Shown: positions 11,301-21,907 of the stretch, piece after piece
How positions within the stretch are numbered: position 1 is the first letter of the stretch
Layout of the letters: every line of letters begins with the position of its first letter
Source of the DNA: an uncultured Lachnospiraceae bacterium
GTDB lineage: Bacteria > Bacillota > Clostridia > Lachnospirales > Lachnospiraceae
Length of the DNA: 64,000 nt
Direction of reading: 5' to 3'
NCBI GenBank assembly: GCA_900316805.1
Contig: ONEJ01000017.1
Coordinates: 2,410 to 66,409 of the forward strand
The notes under the pieces: model-generated
Told to the model about the DNA's origin: nothing
Seen by the model: only the letters and a program-made list of their open reading frames with translations
Database searches by the model: none
Made by a program: the position numbers and the translations under genes

Positions 11301-11892
11301 TATAGGAATTCGTTCCCGCTGCCTTGTTTAAGAGATTTCCGTACTTGACAGACATGACCCTGGAAAAATTAATCCCCATTGCATAATCCTCGATGGTCCG
11401 CATAATCCCGGACTTTCCGAGATTCGCATAGGCCGACATAGGCTTTGCCTCCCGGATTCCCCGAAGGATTTCCTCCTGGGTCTGGGAATCAATCCAGACA
11501 CGAAGTTCCTCCATACCGGGACGGACACCGCCAAAGTTCCGGATATTTTCCTCAATGGTCTGTCCTTCCTTTCCGGCATCTCCCGCCCAGTAGACCCGGT
11601 CAATATCCTCCCGCATCAGCATACCGTGCACAACATCATACTGATCCTTAACTTCTTTTATGACATCGTATTTGTATTCCTTTGGCAGAAAGGGAAGATC
11701 TTCCAGCTTCCACCTTTTGTATTTTTCATCATAGCTTTCCGGATACACCATCCCAACCAGATGTCCCACGCACCAGGTAATGACATAGTTCTGGTTTTCA
11801 ATATAGCCATTCTGTCGCCCGTTAACCCCGAGAACACTCGCAAATTCCCGCGCCACCGATGGTTTCTCCGTAATGATCAGTGATTTCCCCAT
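8359..11892 (-). CDS. topB: DNA topoisomerase III with repeated C-terminal zinc-ribbon/Toprim_Crpt modules
   Basis: LIITEKPSVA, TWCVGHL, AVGRVMT, LTTYPRTD catalytic Tyr, GIGTSATRAEII; repeated KCPxCGG..GFKSKAGKKFDA units. Confidence 0.92.
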   Translation of the reverse strand: MGKSLIITEKPSVAREFASVLGVNGRQNGYIENQNYVITWCVGHLVGMVYPESYDEKYKRWKLEDLPFLPKEYKYDVIKEVKDQYDVVHGMLMREDIDRVYWAGDAGKEGQTIEENIRNFGGVRPGMEELRVWIDSQTQEEILRGIREAKPMSAYANLGKSGIMRTIEDYAMGINFSRVMSVKYGNLLNKAAGTNSYTAIAVGRVMTCVLGMVVIREREIRNFKETPFYRVVGKFSDAKIEGEWKAVEGSAYFESPLLYKENGFREKKDALALMERLNNRPAKVQSIEKNTSRKRAPLLFNLAELQAECSKRFKISPDETLQVAQDLYEKKLTTYPRTDARVLSSAVAKEIYKNISRLKGFTPTESFVERIMDRKLYANIAKTQYTDDSKVTDHYAIIPTGQLTELNSLNSLQRAIFELIVRRFLSIFYPPAEYENVKLVVTVEAEGKKESFFASAKVLKNPGYLEIAGIPQKKNPSDPTNKDRGLARVTGGAYSRGEEENEEEEVADPKALLALAATIKNGDELPVYGYGVKEGKTSPPKRYTSGSMVLAMENAGQLIEDEELREQIKGSGIGTSATRAEIIKKLVRIHYLNLNKKTQILTPENLGEMVYEVVNMTVPALLNPKMTASWEKGLDGITGGTVDFDDYRSKLENFIRTETEKMIGQDLGQPLAERISDFAGKNATGPGARRKIGAKCPACGGEMITTPFGYGCSNYKKDKSGCNFNIGEIANVRLSEEQVKELLEKGKTAKIRGFKSKAGKKFDACLMLQKDEAGRVSAAFDFSEVEPEILPEVKCPVCGGAIKKTSFGYGCVNFSPSEEGSCRFSIGSVAGKNLPASVVKQLLTEGHTDTIRGFKSKAGKKFDACLVLRKDETGKVSVQFDFDHVEQKVVKDVKCPLCGGDIVATSFGYGCANYKPKDESSCRFSIGKMADKSFTETQVRQLLTDGITETMRGFKSKNGKRFDARVALNKDESGKVTGLKFDFNNVEPKKVKDVACPKCGGAVVVTSFGFACENHRRDDAESCNFVVGKVASVKIKEAQLKELLLRGKTDVIEGFVAKTGMKFDAPLKLTEGGDIAFDFPEKPKPVETQVPCPDCGKMLMKSQWRYECACGFKIWHTVAKVELSEEIMKELLTTGKTKQKVVGFTSKAGNVFDACLKYADGQISFDFDNPGGGVCEF

Positions 11893-11964
11893 AAATTCCT
11901 CATTTAATTTCTTTCATTCGCAGCATAATTCTCAAAGGATTCGCCCCCGGCTCTGTCTGCGAAA

Positions 11965-13326
11965 CTACAATTCATTCATATCGATCAGTTCGAAACGCTC
12001 ATCTTCCCTGGCATAAGCCACCAGCTCCGGCTCGAAGGTTGTTGCGGAAAAGAGATAAAAATTCTCCGAATCCAGCTTTGCCTTCTGCATGCTCTCGTAC
12101 ATTTCCTCACACATATCCTTGGTAAGCTGTGGCTGGTCCCAGTTACAGAGGCAGACAATATTTCTCCGGTCACTACTCTGGGCAATGATGTCAATATTGC
12201 CTGTTTTTCCAACCCAGGTGCCCATTTTGTGAATGGCAAAGGGCAGCCGTCCCAGCTGATCCAGCAGGGTCAGATACTCCATACACACATTCCGGAAATA
12301 CCGGTTCAGGTATGCATCCAGTTCCGGTGCTATATAGGTCTCGTAAAAGTCCGATGGTGTCCGCAGACTCAGATCGGATAAATGTGGGAACACAAACTTA
12401 TACCAGAAATTAACAAAGGTATCCTTGATTTGATAAACGCCCTTTTTGGCATTCTCCCATCCGCCTGTCTCAAAAGAGACAACCTTCTCTACGATGTCAA
12501 AATGGCTCAGATTCTTCATATAAACACTGATTTTTGCCCGAGAATAACCGGTGTACAAAAACAGATCATTTAACTTATTGTATCCCTTTGCAATGGCGGC
12601 AAGAATCGTGTTGTATACAGAAAGCTCCCGCAGCTCGGAAGCAATGAGATTTTCCGCTTTATCAAAGAGATATCCCCCTTCCGAAAGCACAAGATGACAA
12701 ACATTTTCCTTAAAAGAGAGTTTCGGATTCCACACGTCCATATAGCCCTGCACACCGCCAATGACACCATACAACTTCACACACTCGCTAACAGGAAGGG
12801 ATGGAAAGGCGCGGACCACCTCCAGGAAATTCAGGTTTTCCACTTTCAGACGGCCGGTGATTTTCTTCACGTTTTCACCAAAGGCCTCATCCAGATCCTG
12901 CTCCACCCAGACAATGGACGAAGAAGCCAGAATAATCATGACAGGTCCCGGATACAAACGTTTTCCTTTTAGCTTTATGATGCTTTTCAGGAACTCCTCA
13001 TCCCGCTTCATAACATACTGAAATTCATCAATGACCACAACAAGCTTCGTGGCATCCCCACTCTTCACACGATTAAAGCACTCATCATAGGTATGTTTCT
13101 GCAGCTTAATCTCGTACTGTCGGCTGATTTCCTCCTCCATCATCCGCAGCTGTTCTTCTGCAGAGCACTGCCGGCACCGATAATAAAAGCATTTCTTATC
13201 TGCCGCAAACACGCGGAGCAGATCTTCCTTCCGGCAATCCTTCCTTCCATATAAAACCACCAGCTGGTTTCCTGCCTGTTCATAATAATTCTGCAATTCT
13301 TTCAAATCCGTGCTTTTCACGTTCAT
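11965..13326 (-). CDS. Archaeal-type ATPase/DUF234 family protein with degenerate Walker A
   Basis: LVVLYGR.., VVVIDEFQY Walker B, YGVIGG, YQIKDTFVNFWYKFV, GTWVGKTGNIDII. Confidence 0.8.
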   Translation of the reverse strand: MNVKSTDLKELQNYYEQAGNQLVVLYGRKDCRKEDLLRVFAADKKCFYYRCRQCSAEEQLRMMEEEISRQYEIKLQKHTYDECFNRVKSGDATKLVVVIDEFQYVMKRDEEFLKSIIKLKGKRLYPGPVMIILASSSIVWVEQDLDEAFGENVKKITGRLKVENLNFLEVVRAFPSLPVSECVKLYGVIGGVQGYMDVWNPKLSFKENVCHLVLSEGGYLFDKAENLIASELRELSVYNTILAAIAKGYNKLNDLFLYTGYSRAKISVYMKNLSHFDIVEKVVSFETGGWENAKKGVYQIKDTFVNFWYKFVFPHLSDLSLRTPSDFYETYIAPELDAYLNRYFRNVCMEYLTLLDQLGRLPFAIHKMGTWVGKTGNIDIIAQSSDRRNIVCLCNWDQPQLTKDMCEEMYESMQKAKLDSENFYLFSATTFEPELVAYAREDERFELIDMNEL

Positions 13327-13606
13327 CGCGCTTCCTCCGTCTGTATCCCCTTTATGAAACTTTCATACTTGTTATTTCATCTCATTTATATTGCTGTTTA
13401 TTTCTACTTTTCTTTTCCTAATCTCCTAGTCTGTTTCAACCATTTACATTTCGATTATGATTCATCAGACTTCCGTCTGCTTTTTTGAAGATTCATGCAC
13501 ATCTGTATATGCAATATGGTGCTTGGACTTAGAAGTACCAGAAAATTATATCACTTCTTAATTTCATAATCAAGTCAGGCAGCAACGCCAGCAGCATTTG
13601 TTGTAA

Positions 13607-13670
13607 TTACTGTTCACAGGCAGGTATTTTCGGTACCGAGAATACCGTATGAAAGTCTGTGAACTGTTAC
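13607..13670. repeat. REP-like element with ACTGTTCACA..TGTGAAC arms and an inner hairpin
   Basis: TTACTGTTCACAG..CTGTGAACTGTTAC outer arms; GGTATTTTCGGTACCGAGAATACC inner palindrome. Confidence 0.6.
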
Positions 13671-13723
13671 TTGTAGTATTTATAATCTTATGTACAATCA
13701 TAACAGCATCTACAATCAATATT

Positions 13724-13972
13724 AGGACGCTGACAAACATTTTTTCTCTATACGCCCACTACTTCTACCACAAATTTAGTTTACAACCCAATTTCTGGGC
13801 GTTTGCAGCAATTTTTCTCCTATACGCCCAAAATATTTGCCGCTCCACCAAATGACACAATAAAAATGGGCGTATAGAGAATTTTATCACTCTACCGCCC
13901 ATCTTAACCGGTTTTTCAATCAAACACAAATTTTTCATGGGCGTATAGCGAAAAATTTCGCCGCAACGCCCA
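13724..13972. repeat. Array A: four 35-bp TGGGCG-N23-CGCCCA palindromic units, 71-72 bp period
   Basis: Units start at 13724 (degenerate left end), 13796, 13867, 13938; spacers 37, 36, 36 bp. Confidence 0.9.
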
Positions 13973-13988
13973 TTTATCATTACTTTCT

Positions 13989-15080
13989 CTACTTCTTTGT
14001 AATATATCCCTGTGCCTTCAAAAGCTCTGCGCAAAGCACTGCTCCACCTGCTGCACCACGAACCGTGTTGTGGGAAAGTCCTACGAACTTCCAATCATAT
14101 ACAGTGTCCTCTCTCAGACGGCCCACAGAGATTCCCATGCCGTGCTGGAAATCAACATCCATGCTAACCTGCGGACGATTGTCCTCCTCAAGATACTGGA
14201 TGAACTGCTTCGGTGCACTTGGAAGTTCCAGCTCCTGCGGAACACCGCTGTAGTTTACCAGCGCCTCAATGAGCTGCTCCTTGGTAGGTTTCTTCTTAAA
14301 CTTCACGAATACTGCTGCGGTATGTCCGTTCAGAACCGGCACGCGGATACACTGGCAGGTAATAACCGGAGAAGTGGCAGGAACGATCTGCTTCTTCTCA
14401 TCATCCACATATCCCCAGATACGAAGTGGCTCTTTCTCAGACTTTTCTTCCTCGCCGCCGATGTATGGGATAATGTTTCCAACCATCTCCGGCCAATCCT
14501 TAAAGGTCTTTCCGGCACCGGAAATTGCCTGATATGTGGTAGCTACAACCTCATATGGCTCAAATTCCTTCCATGCAGTCAGAACCGGGGCATAGCTCTG
14601 GATCGAGCAGTTCGGCTTAACAGCAACGAAACCACGGGTGGTGCCAAGACGCTCCTTCTGGTACTTGATAACCTCCATGTGCTGAGGATTGATCTCCGGA
14701 ACAACCATCGGTACATCCGGTGTCCAGCGGTGTGCGCTGTTGTTGGAAACTACCGGTGTCTCGGTCTTTGCGTAATCCTCTTCGATCTTCTTGATTTCTT
14801 CCTTCGTCATATCAACAGCGGAGAATACGAAATCCACCTGGGCAGAAACCTTCTCCACCTCATTCACGTTCATCACAACGATTTTCTTCACATCCTCCGG
14901 CATAGGAGTATCCATCTTCCAACGGTCTCCGACAGCCTCCTCATAGGTCTTTCCTGCACTTCTTGGGCTGGCTGCGATGGTGGTAACCTCAAACCACGGA
15001 TGATTCTCCAATAAAGAGATAAATCTCTGTCCAACCATACCTGTTCCGCCAAGGATACCAACTTTTAACTTCTCACTCAT
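13989..15080 (-). CDS. asd: Aspartate-semialdehyde dehydrogenase
   Basis: VGILGGTGMVGQRF, KPNCSIQ catalytic Cys, LSHNTVRGAAGG. Confidence 0.96.
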   Translation of the reverse strand: MSEKLKVGILGGTGMVGQRFISLLENHPWFEVTTIAASPRSAGKTYEEAVGDRWKMDTPMPEDVKKIVVMNVNEVEKVSAQVDFVFSAVDMTKEEIKKIEEDYAKTETPVVSNNSAHRWTPDVPMVVPEINPQHMEVIKYQKERLGTTRGFVAVKPNCSIQSYAPVLTAWKEFEPYEVVATTYQAISGAGKTFKDWPEMVGNIIPYIGGEEEKSEKEPLRIWGYVDDEKKQIVPATSPVITCQCIRVPVLNGHTAAVFVKFKKKPTKEQLIEALVNYSGVPQELELPSAPKQFIQYLEEDNRPQVSMDVDFQHGMGISVGRLREDTVYDWKFVGLSHNTVRGAAGGAVLCAELLKAQGYITKK

Positions 15081-15327
15081 TTTGCTCTAATCTCCTTATG
15101 TTCTCTTATTTGGAACTCTGTCTCTTCGTAACAAACATACCCAAAAAGCCGTTCGTTCTTCTGTAACAAACATTCCCTTCCTATGTCCGTGTGTCGCGGA
15201 CAGTTGTCTTTATACAATCATATTACTTGAATCCACAAAAAATTACAAGAAAAAAACTGTATTAAATATATAAATAATTGCTACATTTTATGTAACTTCT
15301 GCACAATATTAGCCCAATCGGACCTGT

Positions 15328-16725
15328 CTAGCGGCTTCCGCTCTTCCAGTCCTCAGACAGATACTTCTCTTCTTCTGCGATCACTTTCTCCATAGCTTCT
15401 TTTCCCGGAGCGCCCACCGTCAGACGCTTATTGACACAGGTCTCCATGGAAATGGCATCGTAGATATCCTCGCCAAATACCGGACTGAAGGACTGCAGTT
15501 CCTCTAAGCTCATATCATCAATAGGCTTCTGCTTTTCAATGCAGTAAAGAACGATCCGGCCGATAATTCCGTGGGCATCCCGGAAAGGTACCCCGTGATT
15601 TACCAGATAGTCAGCTGCATCCGTGGCATTGGTAAATCCGTGGCTGGCGCTTCTTCTCATAACATCCTCATTAAATTTCAGGGTATCCAGCATACCGGTA
15701 AACAAAGCAATACATCCCTTCGCCGTATCCATGGCGTCAAAGGAAAGCTCCTTATCCTCCTGCATATCCTTATTATAAGCAAGCGGAATTCCCTTCATGG
15801 TGGTAAGCAGTGACATCAGTGCACCATAGACACGACCGGTCTTGCCCCGCACCAGCTCCGCGATATCCGGATTCTTTTTCTGGGGCATAATGCTGCTGCC
15901 TGTGCTGTAGGCATCATCGATCTCCACAAACCGGTATTCATTGGAGTTCCAGATGATGATTTCCTCACTGAAACGGCTCAGATGCATCATCACGGTGGAA
16001 AGGGCAGATAAAAACTCGATTAAATAATCCCGGTCAGATACGCCGTCCATACTGTTTAAGGTAGGGCCGAAAAAGCCCAGAAGTTCTGCCGTGTAATCCC
16101 GGTCCAGAGGATAGGTAGTTCCCGCCAGTGCTCCGCTGCCCAATGGGCAATAATTCATACGCTCATAAATATCCCGCATTCTCTGGCGGTCACGCTTAAA
16201 CATCTCAAAATAAGCCCCCATATGATGGGCCAGTGTAATGGGCTGTGCCTTCTGCAGATGGGTAAAGCCCGGCATGATGGTTTCGGTATTTTCCTTCATG
16301 ATGCGAAGCAGAACCTGTAAAAGCTCCTTAAGCAGATCATCTGTTTCCAGCACCTGTTCTCTGGTATAAAGACGCATATCCAATGCCACCTGGTCATTTC
16401 TGCTTCGTCCCGTGTGCAGCTTCTTGCCGGTATCTCCAAGACGGTCGATGAGGTTAGCCTCCACAAAGCTGTGAATATCCTCATATTCCGAAGTGATCTC
16501 CAGCTTACCATTCTCCACGTCTTCTTGAATCTCCTTTAAACATTTGATGATGGCAGCGGTTTCCTCATCTGTAAGGATTCCCTGTTTTCCCAGCATCGTC
16601 ACATGGGCGATGGACCCCTCAACATCCTGCTTAAAAAATTTCTGGTCAAAAGAAATGGACGCATTAAAATTATAAACCAGCTGGTCCGTCTCCTTCGTAA
16701 ATCTTCCTCCCCATAACTGAGCCAT
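15328..16725 (-). CDS. argH: Argininosuccinate lyase
   Basis: [31 protein letters not shown]; start placed at 16725 after GAAAGGAAG. Confidence 0.97.
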   Translation of the reverse strand: MAQLWGGRFTKETDQLVYNFNASISFDQKFFKQDVEGSIAHVTMLGKQGILTDEETAAIIKCLKEIQEDVENGKLEITSEYEDIHSFVEANLIDRLGDTGKKLHTGRSRNDQVALDMRLYTREQVLETDDLLKELLQVLLRIMKENTETIMPGFTHLQKAQPITLAHHMGAYFEMFKRDRQRMRDIYERMNYCPLGSGALAGTTYPLDRDYTAELLGFFGPTLNSMDGVSDRDYLIEFLSALSTVMMHLSRFSEEIIIWNSNEYRFVEIDDAYSTGSSIMPQKKNPDIAELVRGKTGRVYGALMSLLTTMKGIPLAYNKDMQEDKELSFDAMDTAKGCIALFTGMLDTLKFNEDVMRRSASHGFTNATDAADYLVNHGVPFRDAHGIIGRIVLYCIEKQKPIDDMSLEELQSFSPVFGEDIYDAISMETCVNKRLTVGAPGKEAMEKVIAEEEKYLSEDWKSGSR

Positions 16726-16790
16726 ATTTTTCTTCCTTTCTGTGTCTGAACTAGTACTAATTGTAAACAAAAGGTATCTGCCTACGCCCT

Positions 16791-17447
16791 TTACCGATTC
16801 GAAGGGTCTTCTTCCTTCGCCCGGATCTGGGCATCCCGGTCTCTCTTGGAATACACGCACCCGCAGTAATACTGGCGGTACATATCGTATTCGCAGGAAA
16901 TTTCCGTGGACCGCTTGTAGCCTTCCTTCTTTTTAAAATCGGAAAACAGATAGGGCACACCGTATTCCTCTGCCAGCCGCCCGCCGATCTCGTTGAGTTT
17001 TGCCGCATTCTTCAACGGACTGATGGACAATGTGGTAGTAAAAAAATCAAAGCTGTGATTCCTGGCGTACTCCGCCGCCTCCCTGAGACGTAATTCATAG
17101 CAGGCAAAACAGCGTTTCCCGCCCTCCGGCTCCTGCTCCAGACCCTGTGCCATCTGATAAAAACGCTCGGTATCATAGCGTCCTTCCACAAAGGAAACGG
17201 GATATTTGACCGGATATTCCCCGATAAACCGCTCCTGCTGGGCGGCACGCATATGATATTCCTCCGGCGGATAGATGTTGGGATTATAGTAGAATACCGT
17301 AACGTGAAAATATCCGGAAAGCAGGTCAATACAATAAGAACTGCAGGGTGCGCAGCAGCTGTGGAGCAAAAGCTCCGGCACTCGTCCCTCCCCGCAGTTA
17401 TTTTGAATCAGTTCTTCCATTACCTTCTGATAATTGACGGCATTCAC
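16791..17447 (-). CDS. queH: Epoxyqueuosine reductase QueH (DUF208)
   Basis: [48 protein letters not shown]. Confidence 0.93.
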   Translation of the reverse strand: MNAVNYQKVMEELIQNNCGEGRVPELLLHSCCAPCSSYCIDLLSGYFHVTVFYYNPNIYPPEEYHMRAAQQERFIGEYPVKYPVSFVEGRYDTERFYQMAQGLEQEPEGGKRCFACYELRLREAAEYARNHSFDFFTTTLSISPLKNAAKLNEIGGRLAEEYGVPYLFSDFKKKEGYKRSTEISCEYDMYRQYYCGCVYSKRDRDAQIRAKEEDPSNR

Positions 17448-17974
17448 GGCTTTTCTTCCTTTCCCTCCGGAAGCAGCATCTGCCGGAAAATCTCTTTGCC
17501 GGTCTTCGTCTTAAAAATCCTGTCGTAGACCTTCCGGATCGTGCGTAAATCCTCCTGGTCTTCATACAGATTTACAAGGAAATCCGCTTCGATCAGGATC
17601 TGATAATCCATCCCATCCACATTGGTATAGGTATGATGGTGTCCGATGAGATAACAGATCCGCTCCACCATATAATTCTCCACCCCCAGATCCGACAGCA
17701 GCTTCTGGGCTACGATGGGTCCCTCCTGCTCCTGCAGCTTTCCGTCACAACGGCCGTATTTCTCCTCCGCCGGACGAATACCGATATCGTGGGTGTAGGC
17801 TGCGGCTTCCAGAATAAACAGGGAAGTTTCATCCATTCCCTCCTTCGTGCCAATCAGCCTTGCAAAGCTGTGTACCTTCATAAAATGCTGGATGCGCTTA
17901 GGATCCCCGGAAAAATACGCAATCATCCGAAGAAACAGATCATCCAGCTGCTGCCTGCAACAATTATTATCCAT
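17444..17974 (-). CDS. HD-domain phosphohydrolase
   Basis: RIQHFMKV, AAYTHDIG, LIGHHHTY, LIEADFLVN. Confidence 0.88.
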   Translation of the reverse strand: MDNNCCRQQLDDLFLRMIAYFSGDPKRIQHFMKVHSFARLIGTKEGMDETSLFILEAAAYTHDIGIRPAEEKYGRCDGKLQEQEGPIVAQKLLSDLGVENYMVERICYLIGHHHTYTNVDGMDYQILIEADFLVNLYEDQEDLRTIRKVYDRIFKTKTGKEIFRQMLLPEGKEEKP

Positions 17975-18278
17975 TCGCACGCTCTCCCTCTTCTGAAACA
18001 ATCAATACAGCAGTTGCAGCGGCATAAACCAGCGCACACAACACTGCCAATAGGAGCTTTCCGCTCACCGCTCCGGCAATCAGCTCAATCACCACCACAA
18101 CAGCATGAACCCACAGTTCCGCGTGATGAAGCATCACCGCGATGCCTGCCTCTACGATTATGAGGGCGCAGAGAGGAACCACCGGCACCTGAAGCACACA
18201 TATTCCGACCGTAATCACAATGGCTGCCAGAGCAACAAAGGCCAGCAGCACCACAAGATTTTTCTTTTCCTGTTTCAT
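17967..18278 (-). CDS. Small membrane protein (about 4 TM)
   Basis: Highly hydrophobic 103 aa; GAGGTAGG RBS; overlaps HD gene start. Confidence 0.75.
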   Translation of the reverse strand: MKQEKKNLVVLLAFVALAAIVITVGICVLQVPVVPLCALIIVEAGIAVMLHHAELWVHAVVVVIELIAGAVSGKLLLAVLCALVYAAATAVLIVSEEGERANG

Positions 18279-18367
18279 TTCCTACCTCGTCCTTACTTTT
18301 TTATAATGATTCAGAGCCATTATACCAATTTTCCCCGGAAAGAACAACCGGAAAAGTGAATGTTCAT

Positions 18368-18408
18368 AAAAAAAGCCCCGCAGAACCATTCCTGATTCTG
18401 CAGGGTTA
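18368..18408 (-). terminator. Terminator after tRNA-Thr
   Basis: Imperfect GC stem followed by T-run on minus strand. Confidence 0.55.
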
Positions 18409-18414
18409 TCCGTC

Positions 18415-18487
<73 letters not shown>

Positions 18488-18551
18488 ACAAAAGTACTTA
18501 ACTATACTACCAAACCTTTTTCATAAAATCAACTATTTTTTTCAAAATGTA

Positions 18552-18608
18552 TTGACAAACTTCATCAAATCATTAGAATGTACCTTGTTGGGTTTATTTT
18601 TAGTAAAC
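18552..18608 (+). promoter_or_regulatory. SigA-type promoter and candidate operator of the pot operon
   Basis: TTGACA-16-TAGAAT, then GTTTA-N7-TAAAC palindrome at 18592-18608. Confidence 0.5.
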
Positions 18609-18641
18609 AAAAAATCAACTATTAGACTATGAGGAGCAGGA

Positions 18642-19181
18642 ATGAACATCGGACATCGAATGAAGGAGCTCCGCATCCAGTACGGCCTGACTCAACAGGA
18701 GCTGGCAGACCGGGCGGAGCTCACGAAGGGATTTATCTCACAGCTGGAACGCAATCAGAACTCCCCTTCCATCGGCACATTGTTAGACATTATCCAATGT
18801 CTGGGAACCACTCCCGCAGAATTTTTCGCCGACGAAGAGCCGGAACAAATTGTCTTCCGGGAAGAGGATTATTTTGAAAAAACAGATCATACGAAGAACC
18901 GCCTGGTGGAATGGATCGTACCCAATGCGCAGAAAAATGCCATGGAGCCGGTCCGGCTGACGCTCCACTCCGGCGGCACCTCCGAGATTCACCCTCCCCA
19001 CGAGGGCGAGGAATTCGGATATGTGATGAAAGGAACCATCCGCATCACCTACGGTGGAAAAAACCAGACGGTGAAAGCCGGGGAATCCTTTTATTTCAAG
19101 GCCGATAAGAAACATTTTCTGGAAAATACAGGGGCAAGGGACGCCGTTCTCATATGGGTCACTACCCCACCCAGTTTTTAA
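18642..19181 (+). CDS. XRE-family HTH plus cupin regulator (PuuR/PotR-like)
   Basis: LTQQELADRAELTKGFISQLER HTH; HEGEEFGYV cupin; first gene of pot operon. Confidence 0.9.
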   Translation: MNIGHRMKELRIQYGLTQQELADRAELTKGFISQLERNQNSPSIGTLLDIIQCLGTTPAEFFADEEPEQIVFREEDYFEKTDHTKNRLVEWIVPNAQKNAMEPVRLTLHSGGTSEIHPPHEGEEFGYVMKGTIRITYGGKNQTVKAGESFYFKADKKHFLENTGARDAVLIWVTTPPSF

Positions 19182-19219
19182 ACTATGATTTCATGAAATG
19201 CAAAGGATAGACAGATACT

Positions 19220-20293
19220 ATGAGCAAACACTTAATCGACTTCAACAACGTCTCCAAATCCTATGGGGATAACCTTGTTCTCGACGAACTGAACCTTTAC
19301 ATCCGGGAGAACGAATTCCTGACACTGCTGGGGCCGTCCGGCTGTGGCAAGACCACAACCTTGCGCCTTTTGGGAGGCTTTGAGCGGCCGGATCAGGGAC
19401 AGATCCTCTTTGACGGCCAGGATATTACCAATCTTCCCGCCAACGAGCGAAAGCTGAATACTGTTTTCCAGAAGTATTCCCTTTTCCCTCATATGACCAT
19501 TGCGGAGAATATTGCCTTCGGTCTGAAAATCAGCAAGAAGAGCAAAGATTATATTAAGGATAAAATTAAATACGCCTTAAAGCTTGTAAATCTGGAGGGC
19601 TTTGAAAACCGCTCCGTGGATTCCCTCTCCGGTGGCCAGCAGCAGCGAATTGCCATCGCAAGGGCCATTGTCAACGAGCCGAAGGTTCTCCTTCTGGACG
19701 AACCCTTAGGCGCTCTGGACTTAAAGCTTCGCCAGAACATGCAGTATGAGCTAATCCGCCTGAAGGAAGAACTGGGCATTACCTTCGTATACGTTACCCA
19801 CGACCAGGAAGAGGCATTGACCATGTCCGATACCATCGTGGTCATGAACCAGGGCTACATCCAGCAGATCGGTACCCCGGAAGATATCTACAACGAGCCG
19901 GAAAACGCCTTTGTGGCTGACTTCATCGGCCATAGCAATATTCTGGACGGCACAATGATAAAGGATGAACTGGTAGAGATCCTCGGAGTCAAAATGCCCT
20001 GCGTGGATAAAGGCTTCGGCAATAACACACCGGTGGACGTGGTAATCCGTCCGGAGGATGTGGAGCTGGTAGATCCCGCAGAGGGCTATATGGAAGGTGA
20101 CGTAACCTCCCTGATCTTCAAGGGCGTTCACTATGAGCTGGATGTCATGGCAGATGGATACGAATGGCTGGTACACACCACCAAATATGTCCCTGTGGGC
20201 ACTCACGTAGGAATCAAAGTCATTCCTTTCAATATCCAGATTATGCACAAACCGGAATCATCCGACGAAAAGGCGGTGGAGATCGATGAGTAA
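19220..20293 (+). CDS. potA: Spermidine/putrescine ABC transporter ATP-binding protein
   Basis: [41 protein letters not shown]. Confidence 0.93.
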   Translation: MSKHLIDFNNVSKSYGDNLVLDELNLYIRENEFLTLLGPSGCGKTTTLRLLGGFERPDQGQILFDGQDITNLPANERKLNTVFQKYSLFPHMTIAENIAFGLKISKKSKDYIKDKIKYALKLVNLEGFENRSVDSLSGGQQQRIAIARAIVNEPKVLLLDEPLGALDLKLRQNMQYELIRLKEELGITFVYVTHDQEEALTMSDTIVVMNQGYIQQIGTPEDIYNEPENAFVADFIGHSNILDGTMIKDELVEILGVKMPCVDKGFGNNTPVDVVIRPEDVELVDPAEGYMEGDVTSLIFKGVHYELDVMADGYEWLVHTTKYVPVGTHVGIKVIPFNIQIMHKPESSDEKAVEIDE

Positions 20294-21110
20294 ATTCAAA
20301 CAACAGATTTTATCAGGGCCTTACCTGATCTGGATCATCGGCTTTATCCTTCTGCCCATGGTCATGATCATCTACTACGCTTTCACGGGAAGCGACGGAA
20401 CCCCGACCCTGCAGTACATTGCAGGCATCGCGTCAGAGACCAACCGCAAAGCCCTGGGACTTTCCCTGTGGCTGGGAGTGATCTGCACCGTGATTTGTCT
20501 GATACTTGCCTATCCTCTGGCGATGATTCTTGTAAATATGCACATCAAGAACCAGAGCCTGGTGGTATTTATGTTTATGCTGCCCATGTGGATGAACTTC
20601 ATGCTCCGTATTCTGGCCTGGAAGCTTCTGCTCTCCAAGAACGGTGTCATCAACACCCTCCTGACCAGCATGGGACTATCCAAGATCAATATCATCAACA
20701 CGCCGGCAGCGGTTGTACTGGGTATGGTGTATGACTTTTTCCCTTTCATGCTCCTGCCCATCTACAATGCACTGACAAGAATCCGTAAGGACTGGATCGA
20801 AGCCGCCGCGGATCTTGGCGCAGGTAAAATTTTAATCTTCTTTAAAATTATCCTGCCATTGTCCCTCTCCGGCATCATCAGTGGCATCGTGATGGTATTT
20901 GTGCCATCCCTGACTTCCTTCGCCATCTCCCAGGTACTTGGTGGCGGCCACGTACTTCTGATTGGAAATGTCATCGAACAGGACTTCATGCAGGGCATGC
21001 AGTGGAATGCCGGAAGCGGTCTTTCCTTCGTGCTGATGATTTTTGTCATTGCCAGCATGGCACTTGTGAATTCCTTTGATAAAGAAGGGGAGGGAACAAT
21101 CCTATGCTAA
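20286..21110 (+). CDS. potB: Spermidine/putrescine ABC permease
   Basis: [19 protein letters not shown] motif, operon position. Confidence 0.9.
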   Translation: MSKFKQQILSGPYLIWIIGFILLPMVMIIYYAFTGSDGTPTLQYIAGIASETNRKALGLSLWLGVICTVICLILAYPLAMILVNMHIKNQSLVVFMFMLPMWMNFMLRILAWKLLLSKNGVINTLLTSMGLSKINIINTPAAVVLGMVYDFFPFMLLPIYNALTRIRKDWIEAAADLGAGKILIFFKIILPLSLSGIISGIVMVFVPSLTSFAISQVLGGGHVLLIGNVIEQDFMQGMQWNAGSGLSFVLMIFVIASMALVNSFDKEGEGTILC

Positions 21111-21886
21111 AGAAATGTGCTTCCAGAATTTATTTGTTTTTGATGTTTGCCTTCCTGTACCTGCCGATTGTGGTGTTGATCGTGCTTTCTTTCAACGATT
21201 CCCGGTCAAAGGTTAAGTGGGGAGGATTTACCTTCCGGTGGTATACCGGATGCTTTCAGGACGAGAAGATCATGGCCGCCTTTGCGACAACTCTGCAGGT
21301 TACTTTCCTGTCAGCCATCATTTCCACGCTGATCGGAACCCTGGCCGCCATCGGTATCTCTGCCATGAAAAAGAAGGGGCAGGCCCTTTTCCTTGGAGCC
21401 ACCAACATTCCCCTTCTGAATGCAGATATCGTTACCGGTATCTCCATGATGCTTTTGTTTGTGAAATTTATGGATCTGGGCTTTGTTACGGTGCTGATCG
21501 CCCATATTACCTTCAGCATCCCCTACGTGATCCTCAACGTGCTGCCGCGGCTTAAGCAGGCCAATGCCAGCACCTACGAAGCGGCGCTGGATCTGGGGGC
21601 TTCCCCACTCTACGCCTTTTACAAGGTGACCTGGCCGGAAATCAGACCCGGCGTGCTCTCCGGCTTTATGATGGCTATTACCATGTCGCTGGATGACTTC
21701 AGTATCACCTATTTTACCAAAGGAGCCGGAGTTAACACCCTCTCCACCATGCTTTATACGGAGCTTCGCAAGGGAATTAAGCCGGAATTGTATGCCCTTT
21801 CCACCATTCTTTTCTTTGCGGTACTGCTCTTACTGTTGATTGGAAACGTACGTCCTGCCAAACGAGGCAGTGAACAAAACATATAA
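21104..21886 (+). CDS. potC: Spermidine/putrescine ABC permease
   Basis: FLYLPIVVLIVLSFN, YEAALDLGA, SLDDF. Confidence 0.9.
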   Translation: MLKKCASRIYLFLMFAFLYLPIVVLIVLSFNDSRSKVKWGGFTFRWYTGCFQDEKIMAAFATTLQVTFLSAIISTLIGTLAAIGISAMKKKGQALFLGATNIPLLNADIVTGISMMLLFVKFMDLGFVTVLIAHITFSIPYVILNVLPRLKQANASTYEAALDLGASPLYAFYKVTWPEIRPGVLSGFMMAITMSLDDFSITYFTKGAGVNTLSTMLYTELRKGIKPELYALSTILFFAVLLLLLIGNVRPAKRGSEQNI

Positions 21887-21907
21887 AACACAAGAAGGAG
21901 AATCAAA

